From an uncultured Acidimicrobiia bacterium (GTDB lineage Bacteria; Actinomycetota; Acidimicrobiia; IMCC26256; PALSA-555): 64,000 bases of DNA. The stretch covers positions 491,830-555,829 of the forward strand of contig CAVRGH010000010.1 of NCBI GenBank assembly GCA_963720675.1, written 5' to 3'. Position 1 is the first letter of the stretch. Each line of letters begins with the position of its first letter. The notes under the pieces are model-generated. The model saw only the letters and a program-made list of their open reading frames with translations, made no database searches and was not told the DNA's origin. Positions 60,903-64,000 of the stretch are shown here, one piece after another. The translations under genes and the position numbers were made by a program.

Positions 60903-63017
60903 ATGACCACTGCCGATCGCCTTCCCGCGCCACCTCGGGCTCCTCGTCGCCCCACCGTGCTCCGGCACGGAGGCGACGAGCGCACCGACGATTGGTTCTG
61001 GCTGCGCGAGCGCGACGACCCGGAGGTGCGCGACTACCTCGAGGCGGAGAACGCGTACACCCAGGCCGGGCTGGCGCACACGGAACCGGTCCAGCACCGG
61101 GTGTTCGCCGACATCAAGGAGCGCGTCCAGGAGACCGACGCGAGCGCGGTCGTCCGGCGGGGCGACTGGGAGTACTTCACGCGCACGATCGAGGGCCGCG
61201 AGTACGCGGCGCACTGCCGCCGGCCCGCGAGCGACGCGCCCGCTCCGGACCCACTCGTCGAACCCGCGAGTGCCGCCGGCGAGATGCTCGTACTCGATGA
61301 GAACGCGCTCGCGGCAGGGGAGGACTACTTCGTGCTGCGCGGGTTCGCTCTCTCCCCCGCGCAACGGCTCCTCGCCTACGCCGTCGACGTCACCGGAGGC
61401 GAGCTCGCGACGCTGCGGGTCCGTGACCTGGACACGGGCTCGGACCTGCCCGACGAGATCGACGGCGTGTACTACGGCCTGGCCTGGGCGAACGACGAGC
61501 GCACGCTCTTCTACGTGCGTACCGACGATGCGATCCGTCCGTACCAGGTGTGGCGCCACCTGCTCGGCGAGCCCACCTCCGCCGACGTGCTCGTGTACCA
61601 GGAGGACGACGAACGTTTCGGCGTCGGGATCGGTCGCATGCGCACCGGCCGCTTCATCGGCGTCGGGAGCGAGTCGAAGACGACGAGCGAAGCGCGCCTC
61701 ATCGACGCCGACGACCCCACGGCACCGCTCCGTCTGGTCACCCCTCGCGAACAGGGCCTCGAGTACCACGTCGAGCACCACGTGGACGCGGAGCACGGCG
61801 ACCGGCTCTTCGTGCTCACCAACGCGGACGGCGCGGAGAACTTCCGCCTGATGGTCGTCGGCCTCGAGGACACCAGCCGCGGGGCGTGGGCCGAAGTCGT
61901 CCCCCACCGGGCCGACGTCCGTCTGGCCGACGTCGACGCGTTCGCCGACCACCTGGTGCTGTCCGAGCGCTCGGCCGGCCTCGAACGGCTCCGCGTCCTG
62001 AGGCTCGGCGACGGATCCGAGCGCGTGCTCGAGATGCCCGACGACGTGTACTCGGCGTGGGTGGGGCCGAACCCCGAGTTCGAGTCGTCGACGCTCCGTA
62101 TCGGGTACACGTCGCTCGTCGTGCCGACCTCCGACATCGACGTCGACCTCGCCGACGGCGCCCGCACCGTCGTGAAGCGCCAGCCGGTCCACGGCTATGA
62201 CCCGTCGACCCTCGAGACGCACCGCCTCTGGGCGACGGCGTCGGACGGCACCCAGATCCCGATCTCGATCGTGCACCGCAAGGACCTGCATCGCGACGGC
62301 AGCGCAGCCTTGCTGCTGTACGGCTACGGCTCGTACGAGGTGTCGATCGACCCGACGTTCTCGGCGTCGCGTGTCTCGCTGCTCGAGCGAGGGGTCGCGT
62401 TCGCGATCGCCCACGTGCGGGGTGGCGGTGAGCTCGGGCGTCCGTGGTACGAGGACGGCAAGCTCGACCACAAGCGGAACACGTTCACCGACTTCGTCGC
62501 CTGCGCCGAGCACCTCGTCGCCCAGGGTTACACGTCACCCACCCGGCTCGTCGCCCGGGGCGGGAGTGCCGGGGGGTTGCTGATGGGCGCGGTCGCGAAC
62601 CTGCGTCCGGATCTCTTCCGGGCCATCGTTGCCGAGGTGCCGTTCGTCGACTGCCTCACCACGATGCTCGACGAGTCGTTGCCCCTCACCATCACCGAAT
62701 GGGAGGAGTGGGGCGACCCGGCGCACGACCCGGCGATCTACGACTACATCAAGTCGTACGCGCCCTACGACAACGTCGCGGCGCTCGACTACCCCGCGCT
62801 CCTGGTGACGGCCGGGCTCAACGATCCACGGGTGCAGTACTGGGAGCCGGCCAAGTGGGTCGCGAAGCTGCGCGAGACCGCGATCGGCGACGCGCCGCTC
62901 TTCCTGAAGACCGAGCTCGGCGCGGGCCACCACGGGCCCAGCGGACGCTACGAGTCGTGGAAGGACGAGGCCTTCGTGCTCGCGTTCGTCCTCGACCAGA
63001 TGGGCATCGCCGAATAG
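60903..63017 (+). CDS. ptrB: Oligopeptidase B / prolyl oligopeptidase family S9A serine protease
   Basis: Internal ATG 60903. [25 protein letters not shown], beta-propeller region, catalytic [10 protein letters not shown], ...D... and GAGHHG triad context. Confidence 0.9.
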   Translation: MTTADRLPAPPRAPRRPTVLRHGGDERTDDWFWLRERDDPEVRDYLEAENAYTQAGLAHTEPVQHRVFADIKERVQETDASAVVRRGDWEYFTRTIEGREYAAHCRRPASDAPAPDPLVEPASAAGEMLVLDENALAAGEDYFVLRGFALSPAQRLLAYAVDVTGGELATLRVRDLDTGSDLPDEIDGVYYGLAWANDERTLFYVRTDDAIRPYQVWRHLLGEPTSADVLVYQEDDERFGVGIGRMRTGRFIGVGSESKTTSEARLIDADDPTAPLRLVTPREQGLEYHVEHHVDAEHGDRLFVLTNADGAENFRLMVVGLEDTSRGAWAEVVPHRADVRLADVDAFADHLVLSERSAGLERLRVLRLGDGSERVLEMPDDVYSAWVGPNPEFESSTLRIGYTSLVVPTSDIDVDLADGARTVVKRQPVHGYDPSTLETHRLWATASDGTQIPISIVHRKDLHRDGSAALLLYGYGSYEVSIDPTFSASRVSLLERGVAFAIAHVRGGGELGRPWYEDGKLDHKRNTFTDFVACAEHLVAQGYTSPTRLVARGGSAGGLLMGAVANLRPDLFRAIVAEVPFVDCLTTMLDESLPLTITEWEEWGDPAHDPAIYDYIKSYAPYDNVAALDYPALLVTAGLNDPRVQYWEPAKWVAKLRETAIGDAPLFLKTELGAGHHGPSGRYESWKDEAFVLAFVLDQMGIAE

Positions 63018-63018
63018 C

Positions 63019-63834
63019 TCAGCCGAAGGGCATGAACAGCGCGAGCTGGCGGCTCTGGGCGAGCAAGGTGCCGTCGGCGGCCCAGATCTCCCCGTCCTCC
63101 TCCAGGAACCCCTCGGCCGCAGCGTTCGTGCGGAACACCGCGAGGAGGAAGTCGTCGGGTGCGATACCTGCGTGCGGGAGCGCCCGCCGGAAGTGCACCG
63201 TGAGATCGATCGTGGGGACGACGAAGGGCTGGTCCGAACGGCTGAACACCGGCGGGAGCCACGCGTCGGTGACCGCAGCGAGCACGGGAGCGTCGAAGAC
63301 CTGGGGCTCCTCGAGCCGGATCCACCCACCGGCGACCGCCTCGTGCGCGAGGGGCTCGTCGCTCCATGGACGACGCCCGACCGCCCAGCGCGACTCCCAC
63401 CGATGCGCGATCGGTGGCGCCATTGCGTCGGGGAGGAACGGCTCGATCGCTTCGGGCGACGGGACGACCGGTGCGACCAGATCGCAGAACTCCGGGCCCG
63501 GTCGGGGCGACGAGAACGCGGCCATCGCGAGGGCGATGAGACGGTCGCCCTGGGTCATGCGCGCGGAGCACGACGTCAGTGAACGCCCCTGCCGTTCGAG
63601 CACGATCGCGACCTCGACCGTGCCCTCCTCGGGCGGCGCAGCGAAGTGGACCGTCAGGGAGCGCGGTGCGCGCGCCGGGTCGTCGACCGCGGCGACCAGC
63701 GCACGCGTGATGATCCCCGCGAGGTACCCGCCGTTCGGTCCGCGCGCCACCCACCATGCAGGGTCGACGCGTGCCCCGAAGCGCAGGTCGTCGAGTCGCT
63801 CGATGGCGGTGTCGCGCTCGAACCGTGAGGCCAT
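63019..63834 (-). CDS. Acyl-CoA thioesterase (TesB-like double hot-dog, 4HBT_3 type)
   Basis: 271-aa ORF with GPNGGYLAGIITRAL...SLTVHF...TIDLTVHFRR, a pattern of thioesterase-II-like proteins. Confidence 0.7.
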   Translation of the reverse strand: MASRFERDTAIERLDDLRFGARVDPAWWVARGPNGGYLAGIITRALVAAVDDPARAPRSLTVHFAAPPEEGTVEVAIVLERQGRSLTSCSARMTQGDRLIALAMAAFSSPRPGPEFCDLVAPVVPSPEAIEPFLPDAMAPPIAHRWESRWAVGRRPWSDEPLAHEAVAGGWIRLEEPQVFDAPVLAAVTDAWLPPVFSRSDQPFVVPTIDLTVHFRRALPHAGIAPDDFLLAVFRTNAAAEGFLEEDGEIWAADGTLLAQSRQLALFMPFG

Positions 63835-63860
63835 GGCGAAGGACGCTACCGCCGCACCCG

Positions 63861-64000
63861 ATGCCCTCTACGCTCGTCGGCGTGGCCGAGGCGCGGGTGC
63901 TCACGACGGCGGACGGCGAGACGCTCGAGGCGCAGGTCGCGCCTGCGACCGGAGCCGCCCGTGCCGCGATGGTGCTGTGCCACCCCCACCCGCAGTTCGG
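63861..64000 (+). CDS. Alpha/beta-hydrolase-like protein, 5' fragment (runs off the window)
   Basis: ATG 63861. MPSTLVGVAEARVLTTADGETLEAQVAPATGAARAAMVLCHPHPQFG, the N-terminal pattern (..CHPHPxxGG) of a small alpha/beta hydrolase family. Too short for a firm call. Confidence 0.45.
   Translation, partial: MPSTLVGVAEARVLTTADGETLEAQVAPATGAARAAMVLCHPHPQF

Overview
High-GC (about 70% by eye) chromosomal segment with actinobacterial-type core synteny. All calls come from reading the ORF-track translations and the DNA; no searches were run. The ORF track shows GTG and TTG starts as M.

Gene content, in window order:
- gap(partial)-yvcK-rapZ-uvrC, then nadA on the other strand.
- uvrA-uvrB-coaE.
- A Tad/Flp pilus locus: two tandem flp pilins facing cpaB-tadZ-tadA-tadB-tadC plus a translationally coupled polytopic membrane protein.
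- rpsA, two methyltransferases and a TupA-like ATP-grasp gene, polA, pdtaR.
- Acyl-CoA dehydrogenase, an M23 peptidase, tRNA-Leu(CAA).
- A nearly complete FAS-II cluster: fabZ / fabD, a lysine-free BCCP-like gene, fabH-fabG-acpP-fabF, an accD6-like gene, fabI.
- bcp, an MFS transporter, a dienelactone hydrolase, an ECF sigma/anti-sigma pair next to a cupredoxin.
- A dispersed trp regulon: trpF-trpB-trpA plus a HIT-like gene; trpC-trpB2; hisI-trpE-ygfZ.
- A GH1 glucosidase, an OmpR/HK pair, oligopeptidase B and a thioesterase.

No transposase, integrase, CRISPR array or rRNA was seen.

Most notable observations:
1. A candidate tandem-domain NAD+ (nadA-motif) riboswitch directly upstream of nadA.
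2. An orphan second copy of the polA 3' end about 810 bp downstream of polA. It brackets AT-richer, decaying tandem fragments of an NTF2-like gene.
3. A BCCP-fold protein with no lysine, embedded in the fab operon next to a carboxyltransferase.
4. The tad island wedged into the conserved rpsA-coaE block, with a GT-C-like membrane protein coupled to tadC.
5. About 25 single-nucleotide frame breaks clustered in some regions, including essential genes (polA, fabD, fabH). Other stretches, such as 50-64 kb, are clean. This points to assembly or sequencing indels rather than real pseudogenes.
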